From a virus (taxonomy: Duplodnaviria; Heunggongvirae; Uroviricota; Caudoviricetes), in IMG/VR virus record IMGVR_UViG_3300042914_002848: a stretch of DNA of 64,000 nucleotides, one strand, 5' to 3'. The notes beneath the pieces are model-generated. The model was not told where the DNA came from. It was given only the letters and a program-made list of their open reading frames with translations, and did no database searches. This document shows, piece after piece, positions 32,773 to 40,502 of the stretch (position 1 is its first letter; every line of letters begins with the position of its first letter). The position numbers and the translations under genes are program-made.

Positions 32773-32845
32773 TACGGTTAATAGGGTTCGAACCTATACG
32801 GAAACTTTAGAAGAGTTTAATGCTATCCAATTACATCATAACCGC
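32773..32845 (-). tRNA. tRNA-Arg(TCT)
   Basis: AAACT-CTTCTAA-AGTTT anticodon arm, cloverleaf. Confidence 0.9.
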
Positions 32846-32860
32846 AAATTATATAAATAT

Positions 32861-32889
32861 ACTACTCTATCCAACTGAGCTACGGGCGC
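32861..32889 (-). pseudogene. 5' fragment of a tRNA (Arg-like)
   Basis: GCGCCCGTAGCTCAGTTGGATAGAGT then abrupt AT-rich sequence. Confidence 0.7.
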
Positions 32890-32903
32890 ATATTCATTTT
32901 TTG

Positions 32904-32988
32904 TACCTCGGACCGGAATCGAACCGGTACAGCTTCATCAGCTACAGGATTTTAAGTCCTGCGTGGCTACCTATTTCACCACCGAGGC
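32904..32988 (-). tRNA. tRNA-Leu(TAA)
   Basis: CAGGA-CTTAAAA-TCCTG, long variable arm. Confidence 0.92.
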
Positions 32989-33219
32989 ATTATCATTATT
33001 TATCAACTACTTTTTTCCTCACCGCTTCAGATACACTAAACAGTTCACTAAATTGGTCTTTCTTCATTTTTTTTGTTTCACAAAATAACTCAATAGCATC
33101 TTCTAAAGAACTTGCTTTTGTTTTACTAAGTGCTTCTTTTGTAGTGTCCGATTTAAAATAAAAGTAGTATTCTTTCATGTTCTTTCCCATTTAACTTTAC
33201 ACAATATACAAATAATTAT

Positions 33220-33675
33220 TTAATTATCCAAACTTTTTGTGTAATAAAAAACACCTACCCCCGCTTCCTCAAACATTTTGATACTTCGTTCAGCGCTTTC
33301 TTCCCATTTGGGCCCTTTAGCTCCACTATTTGTTCTACATATTATTTCAGATATGCCGGAATTTATTATATTACGAGCACAATCCGCACAAGGTATTCCA
33401 CAAGTCATATACATTTTAGTATTTAGTGTAGATACTCCAATTCTTGCACAATTTATTATAGAATTAGTTTCCGCATGTGAGAACCAAAAGTATTTCTCTG
33501 GTCTTTCTTGTCTTTCATTAACATTATCATTAATCCCTCGTGGAAATGAGTTATAGCCGGTAGAAACAATTTCGTTATCTTTACCAACTATAACCACTCC
33601 GATTTGAGTTTTTTCATCTTTAGATTTTAACTTAACTTGTTCGGCTATGTTAATAAAATATTCATCCCATTTCAT
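33220..33675 (-). CDS. dCMP deaminase
   Basis: SKD..TQIG, STGYN, HAETN, PCADC. Confidence 0.92.
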   Translation of the reverse strand: MKWDEYFINIAEQVKLKSKDEKTQIGVVIVGKDNEIVSTGYNSFPRGINDNVNERQERPEKYFWFSHAETNSIINCARIGVSTLNTKMYMTCGIPCADCARNIINSGISEIICRTNSGAKGPKWEESAERSIKMFEEAGVGVFYYTKSLDN

Positions 33676-33988
33676 ATTTTATATATTTGATAGTAATTAT
33701 AAGTAAAGCGTCTATTTTCATCAAAATTTAAAAGATAGTTTGTATTCCTTATCACCTTCAGTTTTGAAATGAATATTTTTACCCTTCCAATTTACAATTT
33801 CGGTTATCTTATCAGAGCAAAAAGAATAGAATGAACCCATACCATCTGAATACTCAAAATCAAGAACAAGCATATTACCAACATGCGGTCCACCATCTTC
33901 CCAATTTTTGATTCCACCTCGTAAATCTCTTTGGGCCCATTTAACGGATTCGGCTTCCCAAATCCGTCCGCTGTTTACATCTTCTAAT

Positions 33989-34420
33989 TTATACATTTTC
34001 ATTTATATTAATTGCCATCATTCTTTTAATATGCCTATCTCCCTCAAAATCGGTTTCTAAAAAAGTGTTAAGGATATCAATTGCATCATCAATACAAAGA
34101 AACCTTGCGGGTAAACAAATAATATTTGCATTATTATGTGCCCTTGCTAATCGTGCTATATCAACATCCCAACAAAGTGCCGCACGAATACCTGGCCATT
34201 TGTTTGCTGTCATACACACCCCATTACCGCTACCGCATATAAGAATACCAAATTGCGATTTAAAGTTTGAACACATTTTGTGTGCGTAGTCCGGGTAATC
34301 AACGGACTCGGGAGTATTTGTTCCCAAGTCCGTTAATTCCATTCCACACTTATCCATATACTCAATCAGTTGAGTTTTTAATTCCCATCCTGCGTGGTCT
34401 GATGCGATTAGTATTGACAT
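33989..34420 (-). CDS. rpiB: Ribose-5-phosphate isomerase B
   Basis: ASDHAG, DYPD, ICGSGNG, ARAHNNAN, FEGDRH. Confidence 0.95.
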   Translation of the reverse strand: MSILIASDHAGWELKTQLIEYMDKCGMELTDLGTNTPESVDYPDYAHKMCSNFKSQFGILICGSGNGVCMTANKWPGIRAALCWDVDIARLARAHNNANIICLPARFLCIDDAIDILNTFLETDFEGDRHIKRMMAININENV

Positions 34421-34433
34421 TTTTTACCTTATC

Positions 34434-36002
34434 CTAATTTTTTATAATACGCGTTGTGTAATTTCCCGATGGTGTTGTGATATTAACAAAAAGAATACCA
34501 CTTACATTATCTACGATAGTAACCATTGAATGGTTTTCATTGTATGTAATATCCGATTGAACATTAGAACCCATAATATTAAATACTGAAATATTTGTAA
34601 TTCGTTCACCGCATTCTACCATAAATTCATTTTTAATTGGATTGGGATAAACATTCATTCGGTTTGAAATCTCCATATAACGAACCGATGTCCTAATTGT
34701 ATCTGGGTTGAAATTAGACCAACCACTCGTCCAGTCAGATTGACCAAACGCACCACGATGGGTAACGGGCGTAAAGAAATTATTTGAAATTCGGGGATTT
34801 GAAAAAGAAGCACCTGTTAATAGAATACTATTTTGTTGTGGTAATAGCTGTGGGTTTGTTAGGCTATTATAACCCGAAGATAATCCGATTTGGGATGTAC
34901 TATCAAATATCTCATTTCCTCTCAAAGTATCACCAAAATAATTCAACATCCCAGCCCAAGTATTCGTACCTTGTGTTTGTTCAAACTTATTAGTCATATT
35001 AGCAAATACCACTCTTTCAATTTGGAGTGAATCATTAGTCGCATTTAATTGAGCCGATGAACCATCAATATGCAATCCAGTCGGATATCCCATAAAAAGG
35101 GAATTGTAGACCGATGTACGGGTGTTCCTACGAAGATGTAACGCCCTACGATAAAGAGAAGCAGGTCCACCATTTTCTTTTGGGCCGATGATAGTTACAT
35201 TAGAAAATATCGGAGCAGTTTGTGGTGTGTTTGAAGTCCCTGTTCCATCGTTATCGGATTCAAATCCGTTTGATTGAGATTGGTCTGCAATCTGCGGGTC
35301 ACGCATTGAAAGAGCAAATTGAACTTTTCCTCTATAACCAAAATCAGTATCAAAATCATCATCCCATCCACGATGGGCAATCAAGTACTTACAATTGACT
35401 GTACCACCAAACCATTCATAGGAATCATCACCAGAATAGGATACTTGAACATTCTCAACCACAGTCTTACTACCAACCCCACCAAATGTCAATCCATTGA
35501 TTTCACTATTGGGTTGATATGCTATGCCGGGAAATTCAATGCGGACATATCTAAATACACCCGAACTATCTTCATCATCAGTTCCACCATAAGTAGCATC
35601 TTGTCCTAAGAGCCCACCTTCAATAATACCAACTCCACCAGGAATGTTTGTTGTAGCGTTTCCTAATATTACAACCCCACCCCAATCACCATAAGTACGC
35701 TGCCCTACAGTTTGATTGGATGTAAAGATAATTGGTTGAGCCGCCGTTCCGTTTGCATAGATGCGGCCGTTTTTTGTAATAATAAGCGTTCCCTTTGATG
35801 CTTTATCACCTCTGATAATTGTACCAGGTTCAATTGTTAGTGTTGCGCCATTCTTTACAAACCGATTACCTTCTAATAAATAAATTGTTCCACTATTCCA
35901 AGTGGTGTTTGTTGTAATATCTGTTCGGATGGTATCAACTGTAGTTTGCGCTTGTGCGAAACTAAACATGCTCAAAAGAGCGAGAATAAAACTTTTTTTC
36001 AT
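34434..36002 (-). CDS. Secreted beta-helix protein with T9SS type A C-terminal sorting domain
   Basis: Signal peptide ending AQA-Q; GDWGGVVILG, GDDSYEWFGG, DDDFDTD repeats; C-terminal VYPNP...G..F..I....G....RIIKN. Confidence 0.85.
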   Translation of the reverse strand: MKKSFILALLSMFSFAQAQTTVDTIRTDITTNTTWNSGTIYLLEGNRFVKNGATLTIEPGTIIRGDKASKGTLIITKNGRIYANGTAAQPIIFTSNQTVGQRTYGDWGGVVILGNATTNIPGGVGIIEGGLLGQDATYGGTDDEDSSGVFRYVRIEFPGIAYQPNSEINGLTFGGVGSKTVVENVQVSYSGDDSYEWFGGTVNCKYLIAHRGWDDDFDTDFGYRGKVQFALSMRDPQIADQSQSNGFESDNDGTGTSNTPQTAPIFSNVTIIGPKENGGPASLYRRALHLRRNTRTSVYNSLFMGYPTGLHIDGSSAQLNATNDSLQIERVVFANMTNKFEQTQGTNTWAGMLNYFGDTLRGNEIFDSTSQIGLSSGYNSLTNPQLLPQQNSILLTGASFSNPRISNNFFTPVTHRGAFGQSDWTSGWSNFNPDTIRTSVRYMEISNRMNVYPNPIKNEFMVECGERITNISVFNIMGSNVQSDITYNENHSMVTIVDNVSGILFVNITTPSGNYTTRIIKN

Positions 36003-36053
36003 AGATTGTTTTTTTAAATTGTTTAATTGTTTATATAAATAAATATTGATTTT

Positions 36054-36392
36054 TTACTTCCAAAATATTTGTATCAGTATAATAACTCCTGAAAGGATTA
36101 AACATACCATTGTTTTTGTGGTTAGGTTTTCTCCAAAAACTAATTGTGAAAGTATAGCAAAAACCACTACCCCAATACCAAACCCAATAAGACGAGATGG
36201 CCAAAGTAATCCACCATAATGAGTGATGATTTGACGAACCGATTCCATATACATCATTGATATAGGAATACCCATCAATACAATAACCCAATAGTTATCT
36301 TTGAACCATTGGTATTTTAACTGACCCTGGAGTTGATAGAAAGTAAGTATCTGCGCCAAAAGCATCAGTAACATTCCGATTAAAAGTGCCAT
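36054..36392 (-). CDS. Small four-TM membrane protein (SMR/EamA-like)
   Basis: Four hydrophobic segments, FGE motif. Confidence 0.55.
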   Translation of the reverse strand: MALLIGMLLMLLAQILTFYQLQGQLKYQWFKDNYWVIVLMGIPISMMYMESVRQIITHYGGLLWPSRLIGFGIGVVVFAILSQLVFGENLTTKTMVCLILSGVIILIQIFWK

Positions 36393-36411
36393 TTTTTATT
36401 TTTTAAGTTAG

Positions 36412-36485
36412 TAGGGGAAGCGGGACTCGAACCCACAACCTCGTGCTCCCAAAGCACGTAATCTAACCAATTGATATATTCCCCT
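36412..36485 (-). tRNA. tRNA-Pro(TGG)
   Basis: CGTGC-TTTGGGA-GCACG. Confidence 0.9.
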
Positions 36486-36491
36486 ATGTTT

Positions 36492-36697
36492 CCCCACCCT
36501 GAGATTTGGGGTGAGTAGTCATTCTGGTTTTTTCCTATTGATAAAACCTACAGGGCATCCCCTATTAAAACAGTCACACTACGAAGGAGGAGCTGTGAGT
36601 GGCACCTTTAACCCTAAGAACCGGCATTCCGCTGTCCGATTTAAGCGAGCCCATTGTTTAAGTCTTGAACTAAAGACTCTGAGTATCTCTTACTCAT
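36492..36697 (-). ncRNA. Structured ncRNA (about 205 nt) between tRNA-Asp and tRNA-Pro
   Basis: Several hairpins; terminal CUCACCC/GGGUGGG stem with AAUCUCA loop. Confidence 0.65.
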
Positions 36698-36699
36698 TG

Positions 36700-36770
36700 C
36701 GGTTCATAGGGGTTATGCTCCCCTGCCTCGGCAGTGACAGTGCCGTATTCTACTATTATACTAATGAACC
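36700..36770 (-). tRNA. tRNA-Asp(GTC), non-canonical T loop
   Basis: CGGCA-CTGTCAC-TGCCG; T arm AGGGG-AGCATAA-CCCCT. Confidence 0.85.
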
Positions 36771-36774
36771 ATTG

Positions 36775-36847
36775 AGCGGCAAACTGGATTCGAACCAGCG
36801 ACCCTAACCTTGGCAAGGTTATGCTCTACCAACTGAGCTACTGCCGC
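36775..36847 (-). tRNA. tRNA-Gly(GCC)
   Basis: TAACC-TTGCCAA-GGTTA. Confidence 0.95.
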
Positions 36848-36853
36848 AAAGTG

Positions 36854-36926
36854 AGCTTCTTATCGGATTCGAACCAATGACCATCCGCTTACAAGGCGGG
36901 AGCTCTACCAACTGAGCTAAAGAAGC
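36854..36926 (-). tRNA. tRNA-Thr(TGT)
   Basis: CCGC-CTTGTAA-GCGG. Confidence 0.92.
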
Positions 36927-36932
36927 ATTTTG

Positions 36933-37006
36933 TGGACCGTACCGGAGTCGAACCGATGACCTTCTGAATGCAAATCAGACGTTCTAGCCAACTGAACTAA
37001 CAGCCC
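36933..37006 (-). tRNA. tRNA-Ala(TGC)
   Basis: TCTGA-TTTGCAT-TCAGA; G3-U70. Confidence 0.93.
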
Positions 37007-37011
37007 TTTTG

Positions 37012-37085
37012 TAGCGGGTGAGGGATTCGAACCCCCGATTCCTGGCTTATGAGACCTGGCGGATAGACCACTTCCATAACCCGCA
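37012..37085 (-). tRNA. tRNA-Met(CAT), initiator-like acceptor
   Basis: TGCGGGT acceptor with 1-72 mismatch; CTCATAA loop; lacks the three G-C anticodon-stem pairs. Confidence 0.8.
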
Positions 37086-37098
37086 ATATATTTCAATT

Positions 37099-37521
37099 TT
37101 AAAAAATCCTTTTACCTTCAGGATTGAAATGCATAAATTGATGTGTTTCCATATCCGATTGCCATTTGTAGTGAACAACAAGCCCGTTATTATTTTTATA
37201 ATGATTATCACCTAAATTGTGGTGGGTTTCTATTATTCTTGTTAGCATTTCCCTTGCCACATCATCGGATTTAGTTGATTGGGCACACATAATATTTTCA
37301 GTTCCACCCCACTTAAAAAAGTACATAGTCATTAAATCAAATTTAGGATGGACTGTATATATAACCCAATAATCAGATTGATTTAATCTTTCCCAATTTG
37401 TTGTACCAAATTCAAGACGATTTCTTTCTTTGATTTCAGTAACAGTAAATCCAACCATTGGCTTTTGTGCAAACGCAGTTGAACTAAGTAATACAAATAG
37501 GGTAATAAGTAGTTTTTTCAT
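37099..37521 (-). CDS. Secreted hypothetical protein
   Basis: Signal peptide MKKLLITLFVLLSSTAFA-Q. Confidence 0.65.
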   Translation of the reverse strand: MKKLLITLFVLLSSTAFAQKPMVGFTVTEIKERNRLEFGTTNWERLNQSDYWVIYTVHPKFDLMTMYFFKWGGTENIMCAQSTKSDDVAREMLTRIIETHHNLGDNHYKNNNGLVVHYKWQSDMETHQFMHFNPEGKRIF

Positions 37522-37536
37522 AGTTTTTGTTTTTTG

Positions 37537-37610
37537 TACTCCGTACGGGACTCGAACCCGTAAGCTTTCCCGTGAAAGGGGAATGTCCTAACCAATTAGA
37601 CGAACGGAGC
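37537..37610 (-). tRNA. tRNA-Glu(TTC)
   Basis: TTCCC-CTTTCAC-GGGAA. Confidence 0.93.
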
Positions 37611-37620
37611 GTATTGATTG

Positions 37621-37692
37621 CGTCCTGAGTAGGAGTCGAACCTACGACCAACGGATTAACAGTCCGTCGCTCTACCTCTGAGCTATCAAGAC
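37621..37692 (-). tRNA. tRNA-Asn(GTT)
   Basis: ACGGA-CTGTTAA-TCCGT. Confidence 0.93.
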
Positions 37693-37697
37693 AATTG

Positions 37698-37780
37698 TAC
37701 CGAAGGCGAGACTCGAACTCGCAATGCTATAAAGCGCTGGTTTCTAAAACCAGTGTGACTGCCAATTCCACCACTTCGGT
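37698..37780 (-). tRNA. tRNA-Leu(TAG)
   Basis: CTGGT-TTTAGAA-ACCAG. Confidence 0.9.
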
Positions 37781-37824
37781 ATAAATATACAAAATAAATT
37801 TTAATTATCCAAATTTATTTTTTG

Positions 37825-37911
37825 CGGAAGATATTGGATTTGAACCAATGAACCAGTTACCCGATTAACACCTTAGCAGGGTGCCGCTTTAGACCACTCA
37901 GCCAATCTTCC
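37825..37911 (-). tRNA. tRNA-Ser(GCT)
   Basis: GCACC-CTGCTAA-GGTGT, long variable arm. Confidence 0.92.
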
Positions 37912-37916
37912 TTTGG

Positions 37917-37990
37917 GGCGACCGATGGGAATCGAACCCACCCGCACTAGAACCACAATCTAGCGCTCTACCAACTGAGCTACAGCCGCC
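37917..37990 (-). tRNA. tRNA-His(GTG)
   Basis: CTAGA-TTGTGGT-TCTAG; G-1/C73. Confidence 0.92.
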
Positions 37991-37992
37991 AT

Positions 37993-38442
37993 TTAACGGC
38001 AGTGATAATCTGCCGCTTTTGTAGCAATTTGAATATCAGGTTTGACATTCACTTTGTATCCCAACGATAAGGCCCAACCACGAGTTGCTCCTATAAGTTT
38101 GTGGCTAGGTGCAATTTCGTCTTGGTTATAGTCCATATCAATTTCAACATTTATGTTGATTTGTTGGGTAAACCATTCTGCCACTTCCAATGTACGAGCG
38201 CATTCATCAAATAATCTTGTGAACATATCACGCACCAATGGAACTTTTTCTTTTGTGTAAATATAGTGAACACCTCTGATACCAAAACGATATGCTATTG
38301 CAGTTACATACGATGTTTCCAATCCTACATTTTGAGAATCAGTACCAATATGAACTTTTAGATTAGGATACCGTTTCATTATATCCAAGGTATGTTCAAC
38401 AACATCTACCACTCTGTTGTCTACTGATTTAAACCTTTTCAT
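37993..38442 (-). CDS. RNase H-like YkuK/DUF458 protein
   Basis: HIGTDSQ, RLFDE, EIDMDYN, VKPD..IATKAAD. Confidence 0.85.
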   Translation of the reverse strand: MKRFKSVDNRVVDVVEHTLDIMKRYPNLKVHIGTDSQNVGLETSYVTAIAYRFGIRGVHYIYTKEKVPLVRDMFTRLFDECARTLEVAEWFTQQININVEIDMDYNQDEIAPSHKLIGATRGWALSLGYKVNVKPDIQIATKAADYHCR

Positions 38443-38460
38443 CTTCTTTCTTTTTTTTAG

Positions 38461-38534
38461 TAGCGAAAAGCAGAATCGAACTGCTAACCTCAGGATTATG
38501 AGACCTGCGCTCTAACCAATTGAGCTATTTCGCC
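38461..38534 (-). tRNA. tRNA-Met(CAT), elongator-like
   Basis: GGCGAAA acceptor; CTCATAA loop. Confidence 0.88.
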
Positions 38535-38541
38535 ATTCACG

Positions 38542-38614
38542 CACGGGTGGAGAGACTCGAACTCCCAGCCTATGATTTTGGAGATTATTGCTCTGCCAAT
38601 TGAGCTACACCCGT
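38542..38614 (-). tRNA. tRNA-Trp(CCA)
   Basis: CTCCAAA loop; one stem mismatch. Confidence 0.88.
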
Positions 38615-38622
38615 ATTTTTTG

Positions 38623-38693
38623 AGGTACTGATTGGAATTGAACCAATATAAAGGCTTTTGCAGAGCCCCACCTTGCCAGTCGGACACAGTACC
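38623..38693 (-). tRNA. tRNA-Cys(GCA)
   Basis: GGGCT-CTGCAAA-AGCCT; U73. Confidence 0.9.
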
Positions 38694-38699
38694 AAATTG

Positions 38700-38771
38700 T
38701 AGCTCCTAAACGATTCGAACGTTTAACACTTCGTCCGTAGCGAAGCAGTTTATCCATTAGCCTAAGGAGCC
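38700..38771 (-). tRNA. tRNA-Arg(ACG)
   Basis: CTTCG-CTACGGA-CGAAG. Confidence 0.9.
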
Positions 38772-38776
38772 TTGTG

Positions 38777-38850
38777 TTGGAATAGCCGGATTCGAACCAG
38801 CGACCTTTTGAATATCAGTCAAATGCTCTAACCAACTGAGCTATATTCCA
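38777..38850 (-). tRNA. tRNA-Ile(GAT)
   Basis: TTTGA-CTGATAT-TCAAA. Confidence 0.9.
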
Positions 38851-38855
38851 ATGTG

Positions 38856-38937
38856 TGCCTGCAGAAGGACTCGAACCTTCGGACTCAAACGAGAACTGAT
38901 TTACAGTCAGTTGCAATTGCCGCTATGCGATACAGGC
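38856..38937 (-). tRNA. tRNA-Tyr(GTA)
   Basis: ACTGA-CTGTAAA-TCAGT. Confidence 0.9.
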
Positions 38938-38946
38938 ATATTTGTG

Positions 38947-39020
38947 TGGTGAATGGTTGGATTCGAACCAACGACGCGAGGCTCTTCAGGCCTCCGCTCT
39001 ACCAACTGAGCTACATCACC
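38947..39020 (-). tRNA. tRNA-Phe(GAA)
   Basis: GAGGC-CTGAAGA-GCCTC; one-base acceptor bulge. Confidence 0.88.
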
Positions 39021-39025
39021 AAATG

Positions 39026-39159
39026 AACACAATGTTGGAGTACCCATCTCGCTCCAATCTTAACTGCTTATTCGTAGTTTTACGAGGCCTCGGCAGAGGG
39101 TGCTAACTCCATATAGAGACCTGCGCTGGTCTTTGTTCTATACTTCTGTTCATTGTGTT
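39026..39159 (-). ncRNA. Structured ncRNA (about 134 nt)
   Basis: Perfect closing helix AACACAAUG/CAUUGUGUU plus nested helices. Confidence 0.65.
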
Positions 39160-39162
39160 TTG

Positions 39163-39294
39163 TAGTCAGGACAGGATTCGAACCTGTATGTGGTAATCCT
39201 TCCAGATATTTCTCACTTACGTTTTTGCCGTATTAGCGTCTACCATATCCAGCACATACTATTACTCTTTGTGCTTTCATTCCGCCACCTGACT
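39163..39294 (-). ncRNA. tRNA-like RNA, AGUCAGG family, copy A
   Basis: AGTCAGG...ACAGGTTCGAATCCTGTCCTGACT with expanded D loop and no anticodon arm. Confidence 0.8.
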
Positions 39295-39300
39295 ATATTG

Positions 39301-39404
39301 TCCACTCTGTTGGATTCGAACCAACTTACTCGCTCTGTGTTCGGATACCGCAGTACCAGGCGACATAGAGGTCAAAGTGTTTTACCACATAACACTAAGA
39401 GTGA
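39301..39404 (-). ncRNA. tRNA-like RNA with anticodon arm replaced by a long hairpin
   Basis: TCACTCT/AGAGTGG acceptor, GTGT/ACAC D stem, GTTGG-TTCGAAT-CCAAC T arm. Confidence 0.7.
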
Positions 39405-39405
39405 G

Positions 39406-39480
39406 TACACCTTGCTAGATTCGAACTAGCGACCCTTTGCTTGTAAAACAAATGCTCTGAACCAACTGAGCTAAAGGTGT
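39406..39480 (-). tRNA. tRNA-Val(TAC)
   Basis: TTTGT-TTTACAA-GCAAA. Confidence 0.9.
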
Positions 39481-39485
39481 AAATG

Positions 39486-39558
39486 TGACCCCGAACGGAA
39501 TCGAACCGTTACTCCCCTGGTTAAAAGCCAGGTGCTTTACCAATTAAGCTACGAAGTC
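39486..39558 (-). tRNA. tRNA-Lys(TTT)
   Basis: CCTGG-CTTTTAA-CCAGG. Confidence 0.92.
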
Positions 39559-39563
39559 TTTTG

Positions 39564-39637
39564 TACTCCCGACAGGACTTGAACCTGTAACCTCGATGGT
39601 ATAAGCATCTTGCGCTAACCAATTGCGCCACGAGAGC
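39564..39637 (-). tRNA. tRNA-Ile(TAT)
   Basis: GATG-CTTATAC-CATC. Confidence 0.85.
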
Positions 39638-39646
39638 ATAATTATG

Positions 39647-39732
39647 AGGAAGAGGTGAGATTCGAACTCACGGAGCTTTAACACCCTCCGGTTTTCAAGA
39701 CCGGTGCAATAGACCAACTCTGCCACCCTTCC
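39647..39732 (-). tRNA. tRNA-Ser(TGA)
   Basis: CCGGT-CTTGAAA-ACCGG. Confidence 0.92.
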
Positions 39733-39738
39733 ATTATG

Positions 39739-39866
39739 TAGTCAGGACAGGATTCGAACCTGTACGCAGGGCTTTCTAAGTCTTTGCCTCCTGCATCCCT
39801 CTTGAGTGTCCTTCTGTATTGCTACATTTCCTCCGTTGGATTGCGTCTACATTCCGCCACCTGACT
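39739..39866 (-). ncRNA. tRNA-like RNA, AGUCAGG family, copy B
   Basis: Same acceptor/T arm as copy A; Leu-type D arm; enlarged anticodon loop and variable arm. Confidence 0.8.
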
Positions 39867-39873
39867 ATATTTA

Positions 39874-40023
39874 AAGTAACCCAACTCAGAAGGGTATTTG
39901 TTACATTATCACAGCTTTTGCAATGTACTCTGGTTAATTATTCCGTCTGTACCCAACCGCTTTATGTTGGCTTATAGCTGGCTATTTTAATGCAACTCAC
40001 AACTTTATTTGTTGGAATTACTT
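39874..40023 (-). ncRNA. Possible structured ncRNA (about 150 nt)
   Basis: Closing helix AAGUAAUUCCAAC/GUUGGGUUACUU. Confidence 0.5.
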
Positions 40024-40027
40024 TTTG

Positions 40028-40149
40028 CAGTCAGGACAGGATTCGAACCTGTGACATTGCAACCCTTATACTTCTCGCGTCCAAATGATTTTGAATCGTG
40101 GTGTTTTTGGGATGTGATAAACCTCTTTCACATTACGCAATACCTGACT
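40028..40149 (-). ncRNA. tRNA-like RNA, AGUCAGG family, copy C
   Basis: Same acceptor/T arm; interior unrelated to copies A and B. Confidence 0.8.
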
Positions 40150-40154
40150 ATATG

Positions 40155-40225
40155 TTGCCCCCCAAGGATTCGAACCTCGATAAACAGAATCAAAGTCTGC
40201 TGTCCTGCCGTTAGACGAGGGGGCA
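40155..40225 (-). tRNA. tRNA-Gln(TTG)
   Basis: GCAGA-CTTTGAT-TCTGT. Confidence 0.92.
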
Positions 40226-40239
40226 GTGGTTTTCCAAGA

Positions 40240-40250
40240 TGTCAAAGAAC
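40240..40250 (-). promoter_or_regulatory. boxA-like antitermination site
   Basis: GTTCTTTGACA between the promoter and the first tRNA. Confidence 0.6.
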
Positions 40251-40346
40251 GATGGTTTTTTAGTGAGAACCAACTCAAGAACTAAACAAATATACGAATA
40301 AATTTTTAAATTTCCAAGCTTTCAATATTAAATTTGCGTTAATAAT

Positions 40347-40376
40347 AAAAAAGCCCGAATTTTGTGGTTCGGGCTT
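40347..40376 (-). terminator. Intrinsic terminator (attenuator)
   Basis: AAGCCCGAA-CCACAAAA-TTCGGGCTT-TTTT. Confidence 0.9.
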
Positions 40377-40400
40377 GCTCTTTTAGATTTGTATTCTTTA

Positions 40401-40502
40401 TTAGATACACATCCACGGAACAACCCCATAGGTATAATCTACCTTAATGGCTGTAAACCAATGCTGATTTGAGAGATTACGTGGGTGTGTTATTGAATGC
40501 AT
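40401..40502 (-). CDS. Putative attenuator leader peptide (33 aa)
   Basis: MHSITHPRNLSNQHWFTAIKVDYTYGVVPWMCI; A-rich initiation region; overlaps the antiterminator. Confidence 0.7.
   Translation of the reverse strand: MHSITHPRNLSNQHWFTAIKVDYTYGVVPWMCI

Noticed and set aside
36492-36697. RNase P RNA or tmRNA
   Set aside because: No GAGGAAAGUC/ACAGAA P4 motifs and no Ala-type tRNA-like ends or tag ORF
38496-40278. Minus-strand ORFs 38496-38687, 39544-39726 and 40066-40278
   Set aside because: They overlap tRNA genes
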